Origin: Lama glama
Taxonomy: Eukaryota
Direction of reading: 5' to 3'
NCBI GenBank assembly: GCA_028534125.1
Contig: CM052818.1
Location: forward strand, 40,426,001 to 40,490,000
Length of the DNA: 64,000 nucleotides
The notes below the pieces were generated by a model. That model was given only the letters and a program-made list of their open reading frames with translations. It made no database searches and was not told the origin of the DNA. The stretch's first letter is position 1; each line of letters begins with the position of its first letter. Of this stretch, positions 23,461-36,225 are shown one piece after another. Position numbers and translations under genes: made by a program.

Positions 23461-25191
23461 TTGGTCTTGCTAGGAGAAACATGAGTTACAGATAAACTAT
23501 AGTATATCTACTGCTTGTAAAGATAGTACCAACTTGCATTTATTTGTCTCACAAATTATATACAAAAAATGGTGTTATACAGACCACTTAGGGTCACCAG
23601 GAGAGCTTGTAAAAAGTACAAATCCCTGATCTACTGAATAAGAAGCCCTCAGGATGATTTTTAGGCTTTCTAATATAGAGAATAAGGAAGATTTGGAAAT
23701 ATCTTTATTAAGGAAAAGCATCACTATAGGGAAGAAAGAGGAAGAGCCCAAACAAGAAACTTACAAAGGGAAAGAATAAAAGAATAGAAGGTTACAAGAA
23801 TGAAGGAAGATGTTCCAAGAAGGAGGCATTGAATGCCTCAAAGAGTGCAAGATAATAAAGGCAATCTGCAGATCTGTGACTTCAGTAAACTGATCATTCT
23901 AGGCTGAGGTGTGGGTTTTATTCTTTCTCAAAGAAGCCTGACATGATCGAGCCTTTAAGACAATAACTCTGGTCATGGTGCAGGTAGTTTTTGAGTTCAA
24001 CCAACTGGGTACGGTGACCATTGATTAATACACCAGGAAGGAGGAGATATGGTGGTTTTAGTTTCGGAAACAAGGTATCTCTGAGACAATCAGATACAGC
24101 TTTGCAGAAATGACAAGAGCTCAGAAAAAAAGACTGAGGCCACAGGCTGCATGCTAGGTTTTATCATCCTATGTGTTGTATTGGGCTATGAGAATGAAAA
24201 GACTGTCCAGAGAAAATATGTAGTTGGAGGAAAAACAGGGACTTTTCTGTGTGATTCAAACAAGAAATGTTTTTCATGTAATCAGAGTAAAGGTCCAGGC
24301 AGGTGCCTGGAAGATGTGATGAAGAATGGGATAATTACTGAAGTGGGCCGTGGGGCCTTCAAAATCTCTGTTTTGGATGTCACAGATATTGTACAACTTT
24401 TGCTTGCTTTTTCTGCCCTTTTTATTTCCAAGAGTCCACTAGAGATGCAATGGGAAAAGTTGGCTTGGGTATTACTTCCCTCCCAGTAATGGGTAATTCT
24501 TTTCCCTTTTGACTTCCCTTTCTTGGTAAAACACATCAGTTACACAGCAGGCAGTCCCTGCAGTGTTATTACTTCTTTTCTTGGCTCTCTTATCTCCAGA
24601 TAAGAGACAGTATGCCCCTCAGACAACAGTCCTGCTTTCGATCTCCCTGCGGACATCTTCCTTTCCGTCAGCTCTGAAATAGACCCTTCATGGAGGTGGA
24701 GACAGTCTTGCACAATCACAATCAAATGTGTGATTTATTTTTAAACTAACAAACAATCCTTCTGACTCCCCCAGGAGACAAAATCTAATATTTCCAGAGG
24801 AAAGTAGAGTGCACGCCATGGGCTGGCTCCCTGGGATGTCCTGTAAATAGCCTCCAAATCAGGAGTAAAGAATGCAGCTTGGTTGAAATAAAGGAAGACA
24901 AGAGCCAGAGAGATGATCACGTTGGCTTGTTGTTTTTCTGAATGTGTCCATCTTGGCACCGCTCAGCCTGATGTCCACAGAACACAGCTATCGCCTCACA
25001 CAGCCAGCCTCTGTCATGTGGAATCAGTTGACATCTGGGGCTGTTTCGTGTTTCTCTCCTTCATCTGCCCTCACTCAAGCATTTGGAGACATCAGTGACT
25101 CAACCAAGCAAGAAGAGAGAAAGCAGTGATAATTAGGTCCTCTTCGATCTCGCACTGCTCATGGTAAAGCTCTACTGAAGTAAAGAGTGAC

Positions 25192-25250
25192 ATCATTCAT
25201 TCATTCATTCATTCATGAACACGTTTATTTCCTGCCTCTTGTGAGTCTCA
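25192..25250 (-). mobile_element. L2 3' tail with (CATT)n
   Basis: cattcattcattcattcattcatgaacacgtttatt. Confidence 0.65.
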
Positions 25251-26114
25251 TGTGGGAGCTGGTCACATGTTGTTCTTCATCTCAGTAGGGGGAAGGATTG
25301 AAAAAGACAGATCTGTGAAAATGTTCAAGCTATGGAATCTTGGGAAAGTCCTAAGACAATGCGAGGTACTTTTCACCCCTTTCTCACGCCATGTCAGGGA
25401 TTGGGAGGGGGGCTGTTAGTAATCATTTCCAAATGCGAGTATGTGGAGGAGGAGTTGGTGTGTAGAGGGTTGTATGTTCCAACTAACGAGGAAGGGAGGG
25501 GAGGGAGCCTCCCAGGATGCGTCTCACATGATTCAAGAGCCACCCAGGATGGTGGACAGTGGTCTATATTGTGGTCATTGTAGGTTCTCATCTCATCCCA
25601 CTGGCCTGCCAAGGAAGCTGGTTCTTGGTGCAGAAACTGGTTTGCTCAAGGACTTGAAGTTTAAGAATAAAGCGGAACAAATCTAAGAGTCTATCGCATT
25701 AACAATACTCTGAGTCAGACTTACCCCTCTTTCTGTCTGACGATAACCACAGTAGGACTCCAATGGCTATTCTTTTACTCACACCTAGAAAGCCACCTGC
25801 TGATTTTCTCCAACAGTTGTCTAAAACTTCCTCAATTCTTTTAAAATCCTTTACCAAACTCTAGCCTGATAAGTTTTTAGTAATACCTTTTTTCCCCTAA
25901 GACCGGCCATCTGAGGGTGAGTTCCTTTGCCCCTCTCTCTATGGCCGACTTTTGTGGAGCTTCTCACACCTTTATCTCTTCATCCTTGGAGGAAACACTG
26001 CTCCTTCTTCAGACCATAGCAAATCTTCCACTCATCATCAGACTCCATCACCTCTACCTTCTCAGGGCCTCGGCCCAACAACCACTCCCCCTCTCCTTCC
26101 CTCCATTCACTCCC

Positions 26115-26625
26115 TCCTGTATTAATCAAGTTCTTAATGTTGTGATGTTTTGACTTCCCCGCCAAGGGTTGGCTAAGTCCTAGAGATAATAAAAAACATG
26201 CCTGGAAACACAACTTTCACATGCAAACCAACCAATTCCACACCCACACCCCCAGCCACCTCCTTTATCTAACTCTCACACACCAAGTTAATATTCCCTC
26301 TGCCCTAAATCAGCTCAGGGCCAGTTACCAGACAACCACCCCACATCCCAGAGCCTATCAAAATTATTCCAACTAGCCAGTCCTAAACTGTTTCCCCTGC
26401 CCTGCCTTGCCCACAGAAAACTCAGTAAAGGCTCCAGGCTATATTTTTTCCCCTCACTGCCTCCTAACCAAACCTGGTGCTTCCGCCTGTTGCCCTGCAT
26501 GGCATGGTGCACACTCTCATCTCAAACTTGTAAGTAATAAGCTTTTTTTCCCCAATGACATTGACTTCTCTGTGTCATCAGTAACCTCCATAAATTAAAA
26601 TCCCATGGTTTCATTGTACCAGAAC
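26115..26625 (+). mobile_element. ERVL solo LTR, MER74/MER73/MER54 group
   Basis: tcctagagata...catgcaaaccaaccaat...ccacctcctttatc...cagggccagttaccagacaac...aactagccagtcctaa. Confidence 0.85.
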
Positions 26626-26659
26626 AATGTACCAGAAATCTTATGGTCCAGAAAAAAAC

Positions 26660-27630
26660 ACTGGTAATATTTTAATAAATATCCCTCTAGAAATATCTTG
26701 TATAAAAAAGTAAAGAAAGAAGTGTACATATATACATGTATACATTTAGGTGTCTTAGATATACATAATATTTTACATAAATGGGATAATGCTATACATC
26801 TTCATTCAATAATATGCTAACAGCTTTACATTTCAATAAACAAAGATATATGTCATCAATTTTAGTACCTAAAGAAATTTTAGGAATAACTTATTTACCT
26901 AATCTAGTATATATTTCACATTCCTTTTTTTGTGATTTTAAACAATAATGAAATAAACATCTTTATTTACTTATATTTTCACATTTGCATATTTATGTTC
27001 TTAGGGTAAATTTCCAGAAATAGGTTTAATGTGTCAAAGGATATATCACTTTTACCCACCAAACTGAACATCAGAAAGGCTGTATAATTTATATTTTACC
27101 CCCACCCCCACAGTACATGAGAGTAATCATTTCCCAATCCTTCATAAAAACACATTTTCAATCTAGTAGGTGAAAAAAAAAAGACCTCATTTTATTTGCT
27201 TATCTTAGATTAAGATTAAATTAGTTTTCTTTTGTATAATGTATATTGATTTGCACTTTTTTTTTTTTTACAAATTGCTCATTCACATTCTTTGCCTTTT
27301 TTTCTGCTTGGTTTCTCATTTGCAGTTTTGATTGTTCTGTAAAACTCTTTATGTATTCAGACTCAGACTGAGTAATCAACTCAGCGTCACTTATATGATT
27401 GACAAACAAGTTTCCCCGTTTGCTGTTTTCCTTCCAGCCTTCTTCCCTGTTATTATTATTTTTTTTGTATGTAAGTCATAATTTCTAATACAGCCAGTTT
27501 TATTAATATTTTCCTTTTTGGTTTCTAGCTTCCCTGGAATTGTTCTCAGCTGATACATTATAAAATGTCTTCAGTGGTTTTAAGTTTACAGTTACATCTT
27601 TGATCCACCTGGAGTTTATTTTGAGCTATA
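26660..27630 (-). mobile_element. Ancient L1 (L1M-type) 3' region
   Basis: ttttacataaatgggataatgctatac; ttagggtaaatttccagaaatagg...gtcaaagg; ctttgatccacctggagtttattttg. Confidence 0.75.
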
Positions 27631-27759
27631 GGGTGACTGGTGAACTCCTTTCCCATCCTTCCCTTCATTTCCCACCTTCACAGGCATTCCGGTTCAAAAA
27701 CCGGACATTCACCTGAGACCCTTCTCTTCTGTGTGTCCCACACATCCAGGTAGTAACTG

Positions 27760-28045
27760 AAATAACCACAATGAACTTTGGAGTGTTTTTCAGGCTATGT
27801 GAAATATTTCCACACATATCACATCTGAGCTTCTCCACAACCTGAGATGGATCAGGTGAGCCCCCCTTCCCATTATGCCTTCAATAACATGTGCACAGAC
27901 AGGTACATTGCTGGGGAGGAAGAAAGAGGAGCCTGGAGAAGCTGTGACTTACTCCAGGGAGTTCCAAGAGTGAGGAAAAATGAAGTTCATCCTAAATCCT
28001 GTCTGATTCCAAAACCCGTATCCCTTTTACAACAACACATAACTC
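27760..28045 (-). mobile_element. MIR
   Basis: ttccacacatatcacatc...cacaacc; tgtgacttactcca...ctgtctgattccaaaacccgt. Confidence 0.55.
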
Positions 28046-28049
28046 TGAA

Positions 28050-28775
28050 ACCTTATCAGCTCCTCTGTTGTAAATCTACCCTATGCATCCCCTCTTTTCT
28101 TCTCCAGATGCTCCAGCTAGAGTGTTTATTATCTCTCACCTGCATTTTTTCAGGTTCCCCCCCCCCGTCAATTTACACATGGTCTTAGATTAATCTTTCT
28201 AAATCATAGTTATGTTTGCCTGCTCAGAATCCTTCAGCCCACTGAATACATCCTTGCCAGGCATGTAAAGACCTTCAAGATGTGGCCTCAGCCCATCTTC
28301 CATCGTCCATCTTCTCCCATTATTCTTCCAAGTGGACTGTGGGTTTAAGGGACACTAAGGATTTGCCAAGACTCACGCATGCCTCTGCTGCCCAAGATCA
28401 CACCTTGTTTCAAACCACTACTTCCTTTTACAGTCACCACTGTTTCTCCTTTCTCTCCTTCCTTAAGACTCAGCCTGAATTTCACATCAGTTATGAAATC
28501 CTTCCTGGAATCTTCCAGTGGACATTTCCTTTCTTTCCCCTTTAACTTTCCACAGTCCTTAATCAGTGACTCTTTCATGACTCATACGTTTCTACTTTAT
28601 AGTTTGTGCCAGGGTCTTAATTTCCTTATCAGACTGTCAACTTCTTGAGTTAATGGATGGTTTCTTCTTTAAATTTTATCACTCATCTCCCAATGCTTAC
28701 AATGGTGACTAGCACAGGTAAATATTTGAAAAATAAAGTAATTAGTGAACGAACGTGTCAATGAAGGAATGATGG
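28050..28775 (+). mobile_element. L2 3' region
   Basis: taatctttctaaatc...gcctgctcagaatccttcag...agactgtcaacttcttgag...aaatatttg. Confidence 0.75.
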
Positions 28776-29412
28776 AATGCAGGAGTAAAATGAGTGGCTG
28801 ATTGTGGATTATTTTAGGAAGCCTCTATATTGGGAAAGATTTTTCTCCCTTTATCGCTCTTGCCTATCCTGATACCCACCAATACACACTCATAGTGATG
28901 TAAGTCTGAAATCCCAGCAGTAGAAGGCTACGACTTCCATGTATTACTTTGATCTGTGCAAAATGTTGCTGCCCCAAGGATCAGAGGCCCACATTTCTTG
29001 GAGAAATTCTCCATCATACAGTGAGTGGAAGACTTGAGAATGGGAAATCCCCCCCAAAGTCTGGGGATAGTTGCATATAAAATAGAACAGTGTACCTCGT
29101 TAGGCAGACAAGTAGAGCTGAAGGAAAAATTGGGTTAATTTGGAGGAATTGGTTATTGACACAAGGACCCGCCCGCTTTTCAACCCTGTGGGTGGTTTTA
29201 CAGCCCTCAGAGTTCTACATATGAACCCTTCCTCCTTTGTATCACCTTCCCCACCTGGGACAACATGGCTGTCTTCTGTGGGGGGGGGTACGGCCCTGGC
29301 TCTGCTAGACTCCCTTGAAATGACAGAGCCTGTTACATATCCCTGCCACCCCTCCACCCTGGGACTTCCTTGTTCCCAATAGAGACATCATCTCTCAGGG
29401 AGAAGAGGAGCA

Positions 29413-29422
29413 GTCACGTGAC
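29413..29422. promoter_or_regulatory. GTCACGTGAC palindrome (CLEAR / USF-MiT-TFE E-box consensus)
   Basis: Exact 10-bp match in non-repetitive sequence; occupancy unknown. Confidence 0.4.
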
Positions 29423-31299
29423 ACGCAGAAAGGATGGTATGTTCAAAAAGAAAACTGACAAATAACACCTTCTTGCCCCCAAGGCAAGGCACTACTTTAG
29501 AGGGGGCTGAGTGCCAGTTTGTTAGAACTGAATAAATCAGATTTCTCATGTTTAGTAACAGATGTTCTGGCTACAACTCATGAAGTCATTTAATATTGCT
29601 TTATGCTCTGGTAATAAAAAAAAAGTCATCTGGCTTCACTTGGCCCAGGTTACATATCTTCCTCAAAGGGTCAAAATGATTTGATGCAGTTCTTGGATCA
29701 AAAGGGCTAACGCTGTCTGTATGTTACAGGCTGTGGACGGGGTTTGCTCAGAGAACAGGACAGATGCTGGCATAATACATCCAATGGCCTCAAGTGTGCC
29801 TCTGACCCCCCAGACTTGCCCTACCTCTGGGTTTTAGAGGATGTGAATGCTCCAGGAGGCTCACGTTTTCCACCCTCCACATATCTCGCACCTGGCAGTG
29901 TGAACGTCCTAGGAAGGTTAGCACAGGTTGACCAGCCATCCTGGATGCGGCTGGCAAGTTACCAGAGCTTTATCTCTACAGCCTTGAAGGGGAGCAAATA
30001 AGCAGGAACAATTTGGCCTTCTCAGCACAAGCTTTGCAGATGAATTTGGATTAATCTCCTGAGGTAGGGAGCGAGGGAAAATGTGCCTGACGAAGCCTGG
30101 AAATAAATCAAAAGAACTTGCAACATGGCTAAGCCATGGAGTGGCCAAGATGACTCAAAGGCTGAAATAACCAAGTTAATCAGAAAAGGTCTTCTAAAGA
30201 AAACTTATGATAAGTAATAAGGTGATTCCTTATCCTCAGAGAAAATCGAAGGGAAAAGATAAACAAAGGCAAGACCCAGAGGTCAAAGAGGGAGACGGCT
30301 TCCTCCTCGGAGCATCGAGCATCGTCCCAGAAGCAAATTGAAGGGAGATAAAGGGGGATCCAAGGGCCATAAAAAAGGGGCCATTGCTGCAACGTCTCAG
30401 AGAGCGCTAATTCCTTCCTAGGAAGTATGATGTCAATACTTAGTAAAATAAATGGCAAATACTGAGCAGCAACATAAACACCAGGTAGGATGATGTATTC
30501 TAGAGCAGGACGCTCCATGAACTCAAAGATCCTGGAGGCAACGATCCGGGTAAACCTCATGGTCAAGTTCACACACACACACCAGCAGGTGTGAGAAAGG
30601 TAGACAGTAGGCTGGGAACTGCTTCCAAGGGCCCTTCGCTTCCTTCTACCCCCATGACACCCATCCTGAGGAACACCCCCCTTCCTCCATCGTTGCCAGC
30701 AAAGGAAGTCTCACGTTCAGGCCCTCACTGAACTCCCCCATGGCAATGCCAAGGCACTGCATCCACACCATCTGACTCTGTGGATACAGATACATCAGGC
30801 ACATTCTAGACCTGTGAGCAGCGGACAGTCTATTTGGGGAAACCAATGTGGAAATAAAGGATCACACATGATGGGGTAGAATTGTGTACAAAGGCGTGGT
30901 GAGTTCCCAGAAGACAGATGAACATTGGGCACAGGATCTAGCTTTGCACAAAGCCACTAGGAAGATGTCCTGCTGCCCCGAGAGGCCTAGGCAGCCTGGA
31001 GAGCTGTGGCTGGGGTCTGATTTGTGGTTCTTGCTCTCACATCACGGGATGTGAGATGCTTGTCATGGCAAGCAGGGATGGAAAATCACTCTATGGCCAT
31101 CTGGACGAAGCACAGAGACCAGGTTTCCTGAAGCAAATGGGAGGACAAATTGCCTAAGGAAAGACCCTGGGCTGTTTCAAGATTCCATTGATACCATGAA
31201 AGGTTTAAAAATATTGTGATTCCCAGGGCATTTTGGGTTTTGAGTGCAGAGTCAAAATGCAATAAATAATGGTGGTGCCAACCTAGTAAGATGAGAAAT

Positions 31300-31470
31300 G
31301 TCTGAGAACCAGAGTGTCAGAGGCGAGAGGGATTAGAAAGAGGACCCAGTTCAACTCCTTGAATGAGAGATGGGGAAGCTGAGATTCAAGTAAGAGAACT
31401 GGCTCACTGACGTCCTGGCACTGGCCGGTGGTGGAGCAGAAGGTCCACCTAGTCTGGTCATGCTTCCTCC
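31300..31470 (-). mobile_element. MIR3-like fragment
   Basis: cccagttcaactcctt...agatggggaagctgagattca. Confidence 0.55.
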
Positions 31471-32194
31471 AAGGGACAACATCGTTTCCTAGTCACCTTT
31501 CAATCTTAGCAAAATCTGCCAGAGTTCAATGACATGCAAGTGGACCCCTCGTTCTGTTTCTGTAGTGACAGCATTTTGTAGCAATAGAGCATTGACTTGC
31601 TTTATCTTCAGTTATATCCTTACTTTGGAACCCGCAGCCCAAGTTCTAATTCTCTCCATGCCATTTTACCAGAAGCCATGAAGGAGTTGAGGCAGCTTAT
31701 TTCATAGAAGAACAAAAGTCAAAGACGAAACTTTTCATCTGAGGAGGAACCTTGATCTCCAGTTGGACTCAAGAGCACTTAGGCTCATACACTCCAGGAG
31801 AAAGATGGGCCTGTGTTGGATACAGAAAAAGGGGATCCTACAGACCTGAAACCAACTCCAATCAACAATCCAACCCAATCAAGGCTTGCAAGCTGGTAGC
31901 AGCAGTAATGCAGGAATAAGGTCATTTGTTGAGTACAAACCACCCCTTGGAGACTCCAGGCCGCAATCAGCAGTTTCCACCTTCTGCTCGTCTCAGTGCC
32001 CTTGAGCCGCCCTTGAGTCTGTCCTTCCCTGTTCTAGGGGCTCCGAGCTGGAGCTGCAGTTGGGGGAAGGTAAGGCCGCCCTAGGGCAGCAAAGTAGGGC
32101 GGCCAGAGGAGGGCAGAGCTGCCCGGAGCCTGGCACTGAGCGTGGACAGCGGCTGGCAAGGATGATGGGACCTTCACTTAGACTCATTGTTCCC

Positions 32195-32530
32195 TGCATT
32201 CAAATTCTGCCTCTGCCGCTCACTGCCTGAGGTCAGGCAAGTTTCTAACTATTTTTCATTAGTTTGAAAGGTGCATTTGCCCTTGTGTTTTAAAATCTCT
32301 GCGATTTTGACGTGCTGTGCTACTGGCGAAGTCTCCCAGTGAGAATGGTCAGGGGCTTTGATTTCCTTGGGTGGCGCTGTCGCCTAAAATAATGACATGC
32401 CTTCCAGTCACTGGTGTTTCAGGTTTGATAACATTAAGGAGTATTTCTGAGCTTCTGTTTATTTATCTGTAAGACAGAAATATTAAAAGCTGCTATAAGG
32501 GTTAAATTAGAGGACGTGAAAAAGTCATTT
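32195..32530 (+). mobile_element. MIR split by the MER104-like insertion
   Basis: ttcaaattctgcctctgccgctcac...ggcaagtttctaa | tctgagcttctgtttatttatctgtaa. Confidence 0.7.
32249..32439. mobile_element. MER104-like Tc2/mariner MITE
   Basis: tttcattagtttgaaaggtgca...ttttaaaatctctg...taaaataatgacatgccttccagtcactggtgtttcaggtttgata resembles recalled MER104. Confidence 0.6.
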
Positions 32531-32664
32531 AGGGAAATAGCCTTTATTTAATAATTGTCTCATGTGGGAACTGGAGATGTGGACTGTTACCTCCCTCTCC
32601 TGGCCCCCTGAGTCAGGCTGTCCCCAGTCCTCGCTTCACAAAAGAAGATGGCCTGGCAAAGCTG

Positions 32665-32850
32665 AATAATAAATCGTAGCTAATGTCTACAGATGCCTTA
32701 TTTGGCACCAGGCCCCGTACCAACTGATTTCATGGGTCTGATTTCACTTTTTCTTACAAGGCTCTGAGGCTACAGTGAACTCCTCACCTGTAGGAGGTCA
32801 CCTAGTTAACAGCAAAACTAGGACTTGAACCATTCTCTGTGATATCCACC
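32665..32850 (-). mobile_element. MIR
   Basis: tagctaatgtctac...accaggc...aggtcacctagttaacagcaaaactaggacttgaacc. Confidence 0.7.
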
Positions 32851-34454
32851 GTGATTTCTACCAGCAAGTGGACACGCACAGAGCTAACTGCCACGAACCC
32901 AAAGAAGACCCCCAGATTCACTAGTGTCCGGACCCCAGGCCTCCTCCCCTGGGTGCTGGTATAGGTGGGTGATAAGGCTTTTCCATCCGTCCTAGGAAAC
33001 GGGGTTAATAGGTTGGCAAGGATGTCAGGAGCTGGGTGAGATTGACCCCGGGTACTAGAGGAGAGACTGCTGCAATCACGTCTGATCTGGGCACAACCTA
33101 AGACCACTCCTGGCTCCTCCTGGTGCGGAGCGCCGACCCTGACACCCTCGAGCAGAAGCGAAGGCGGTTGGGGAAACACCATCAGGGTCTTGTTACAACG
33201 GTTTGAACTCAAACAATCTCCTGATGGCTTCTCTGGGCGCAGGCCAACTGCAATGGTGTGTTCCTCACAAGTAGTCTTTTCCCATTCCAGGGACTCCCCG
33301 AGGTGTATTCAATAAAGCGCTCCTCATTCTGAAGCAGATGGAAAAGTGTTTAAAAAGGTGCCAGGTTTATTTATGGAAGCATGAGATTGACTTTAAGAGA
33401 TGCGCTTTGCCAATATGAAATGCGAACTCTCAAAACAGGAAGTGTCATTTACTGCCTATTTATTTTATTGCCGTATCAGCTGCCCAGAGCCCAAGAATCC
33501 TTCCTCTCAGGAATTATTTATTTTCTAACTTCTGAACCAGAACATCTTGACCATCACCATTCACGCTCCTTGCTGCCAGATTCCAGACTACAAACATGTG
33601 CCTCGCTGTCATTCAGAGGGGATCCACTGAGGTTTCAGTGAAAAACATTTGGACTCTAATCGTTTGACCTGAATTTCTTTTTTTTTAATGTGAGTGGAGA
33701 TGTTTCAAATAAATCGAATCAAATGACAAAAGATGATACAAATCTTAAAATGGCTCTTAGAATAATGGAGGAACTCTCAAATATCTCAAGATACCCAGCA
33801 CTCAGTATTCTGTCATTATCTTTTAATTGGTATGAAGAGTTTTATGGAAGAAAATGAGAATCTCGTCATTTGGACTTATTCCTGTGTATCTGGTAAGAAT
33901 GAAGAAATGGACCATAACTTAGTGACTTGTTCAGGGTACAGCTCTCTTCCTGCACTAATAATTTTTCACAGTGTTTCAGAGTTGAAAGTTACTACTCTAG
34001 CCTTCATGAAACAGACCAATAATAATCGGTCAGAAACAGCATTTGGTATTTAGAGAAATAGCCTATCACACATGAAAGCACTGACGACAACGCAGGAAAC
34101 TTGTTTCTTGCTCTGGGATCTGTGAAGCCCAGCACTGGCCTGAGCCCTTGAGAAAACTCTTTTCATCCAAGTGTCTGGTCTTCCAGGAGATGCTAGAGAT
34201 GCATGAACGAAAAACAAACAGGCTCCGAGGGAAAGGATGAATATTATTAAGAAAACAACAACAACAAAAAAGGAAAGAGCGGCTGTGTAAGAATTCCTTC
34301 AGCTTTTAGGGAAATACACCCCAGTCTAGTCCACTAGAATGATCTAGACCATTCTATCTGAGTATTTTGGAAAAGGTACATTTTCACACGTGGACTTTAG
34401 CTGCAAAGCACAAGCTGCTGGAAGAAGCCCTTGGGCAGAAGACATGTTACAATG

Positions 34455-34468
34455 GCGCCACCTGCTGG
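34455..34468 (-). promoter_or_regulatory. Candidate CTCF site
   Basis: Minus strand CCAGCAGGTGGCGC matches CCASYAGRKGGCRS 14/14, with CpG retained, in unique sequence. Confidence 0.6.
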
Positions 34469-34869
34469 ATACTCTCCAAAACACATTTCTTCGTCGGTCT
34501 TTCTCCTGCTCTAGACTTCTCCCTGTCTCCCTATTGCTGACCGAAAAGAGTCTAAAACCCTGGTGTTCAATGCCGCTATGATCTAGCACAAGTTGATGTT
34601 CAAATCTCATTTCATGACACTCTCTGCATGGGTATTCTGGTTCCTCTCCCGGAATAAGCTCAGAATTTTTAGCCTCCTTTCAAGCCTAGCATTAACTCCA
34701 TGCACAAGTCAGAGCATCACAGAGGAGCTGAGGAGATTCAGGGCCAGAATCTCTGCAGGAAACAGCCGGAGGGTGTAAAGTGCCCCAATACCCCCTTCGC
34801 GTAGGACTCCCAAGTGCTTACAATAACCTGAAGACTGTTTCTCTCCGGGCATTTTGAAGTTGAAACAGG

Positions 34870-35660
34870 AGAGAAGTTAGCAATAGGAAAACAGGTAAAG
34901 GACGTTAGTACACACACAAAATACGCACATTCAAATACATGTCAGGAAACAGAAGGCTGAATTCACAAATGATCAAAAATGCAAATCAGACTCAAGCAGT
35001 ATCATGTTTGTCGGTCAAATTTGAAATGATTGTTTTTAAAATGATTCTGTGCCTTGTTGGTGAGGGTCTAGAAAATAGATTGTCTCATACACTTTTGTGG
35101 AGCAGCATTTCTGAAGGGCATTTTGTGACTATTCATCACAAGACTTAGCAATATGCTTACACTTTAATCTAGAAATTTGATATTAAAAATTTCCTTTAGG
35201 ACACTATCAAAGTTTTGTCCTGGGGTATATTCACTAGAATGGTAATTACTGCAGCAGTGTTAATTGTCGTAGATAAAAGTTTGAAATAAGTTACATGGCT
35301 ACATAGGAGATTTGATATAGTCATATGATACATTTAACTAGACACAGTAAATGATAGATATTGTGATAAAAATGTTCATTACATATATATTGTTCATATA
35401 TTATTTAGTAAAAAAAATAGAAGATTGAAACCCAGCGTATTCTGTTTGATTTGATTTTTGTTTTTAAAGTATGTGCACAGAATAATAATCACATACTAAT
35501 AATGCTCCAAAATATTAATGATTATTCATAATAAATAAAATTAAAATTATTAATAATAATGATCCAGATGGCAGCGGCATGAGTGATTTTTATTTCTTTC
35601 CCCCAAATTTCAAAATGTGTTGTAGTAAGTTATATATTTCCTTTTATAATAGAGTATTTT
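34870..35660 (+). mobile_element. Ancient L1 (L1ME-like) 3' region
   Basis: aaatgcaaatc...gttggtgagggtctagaaaatag...ctcatacact...tttctgaagggcattttg...tttaatctagaaatt. Confidence 0.75.
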
Positions 35661-35949
35661 TAAGAAATACAGTGATAAAAACCTGATGAAAGCAACACTC
35701 TTATTCAGTTGTATCTGTGCGTCGTTTTCCATTGGACTAGATTCAGCTTGTCATAGGTTTTGGTTTTGGTCAATGCTTGTTACAGTTTCAAGTCTCTGGG
35801 ATGCCCAATAATTCCCTCTCTACCAGGTCTAATGTGGGTGTGGGTGTGGTGAAGTGGTGCCTGAGCAATGCCAGGTGAATCCCGTAAGCGAGCAAAGTGT
35901 TCTGTGTTTCATAGCCCTATCAAGGGCTATAAAAATGTTACATGCTGCA

Positions 35950-36225
35950 ACTGACAATCCCATTATAAAGGTTCCATCCTAGATGGCATACTTCCCTTGA
36001 AAGAAGAAAACTATTTACAGTCAAAGTGTTTATTACTGAGTTATCATTAATCAGCAAAACATTTGAAAACAATTTAAATATCCAGTAATAGATAGTTAAG
36101 TGAATTCAAGGGCACATATGCAATGGAAATTTAAATAGTCATTAAAATGACTCTTACGAAAATTACACAGCAGGAATTAAATACCCAGGGTACAATGTTA
36201 AGTGAGAAATAAGTGGAATAAGACA
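35950..36225 (+). mobile_element. Ancient L1 fragment
   Basis: ttgaaaacaatttaaatatccagtaatag...caatggaaat...aatgttaagtgagaaa. Confidence 0.65.

Noticed and set aside
33100..33250. CpG island
   Set aside because: Only ~150 bp of modest CpG enrichment, below island length
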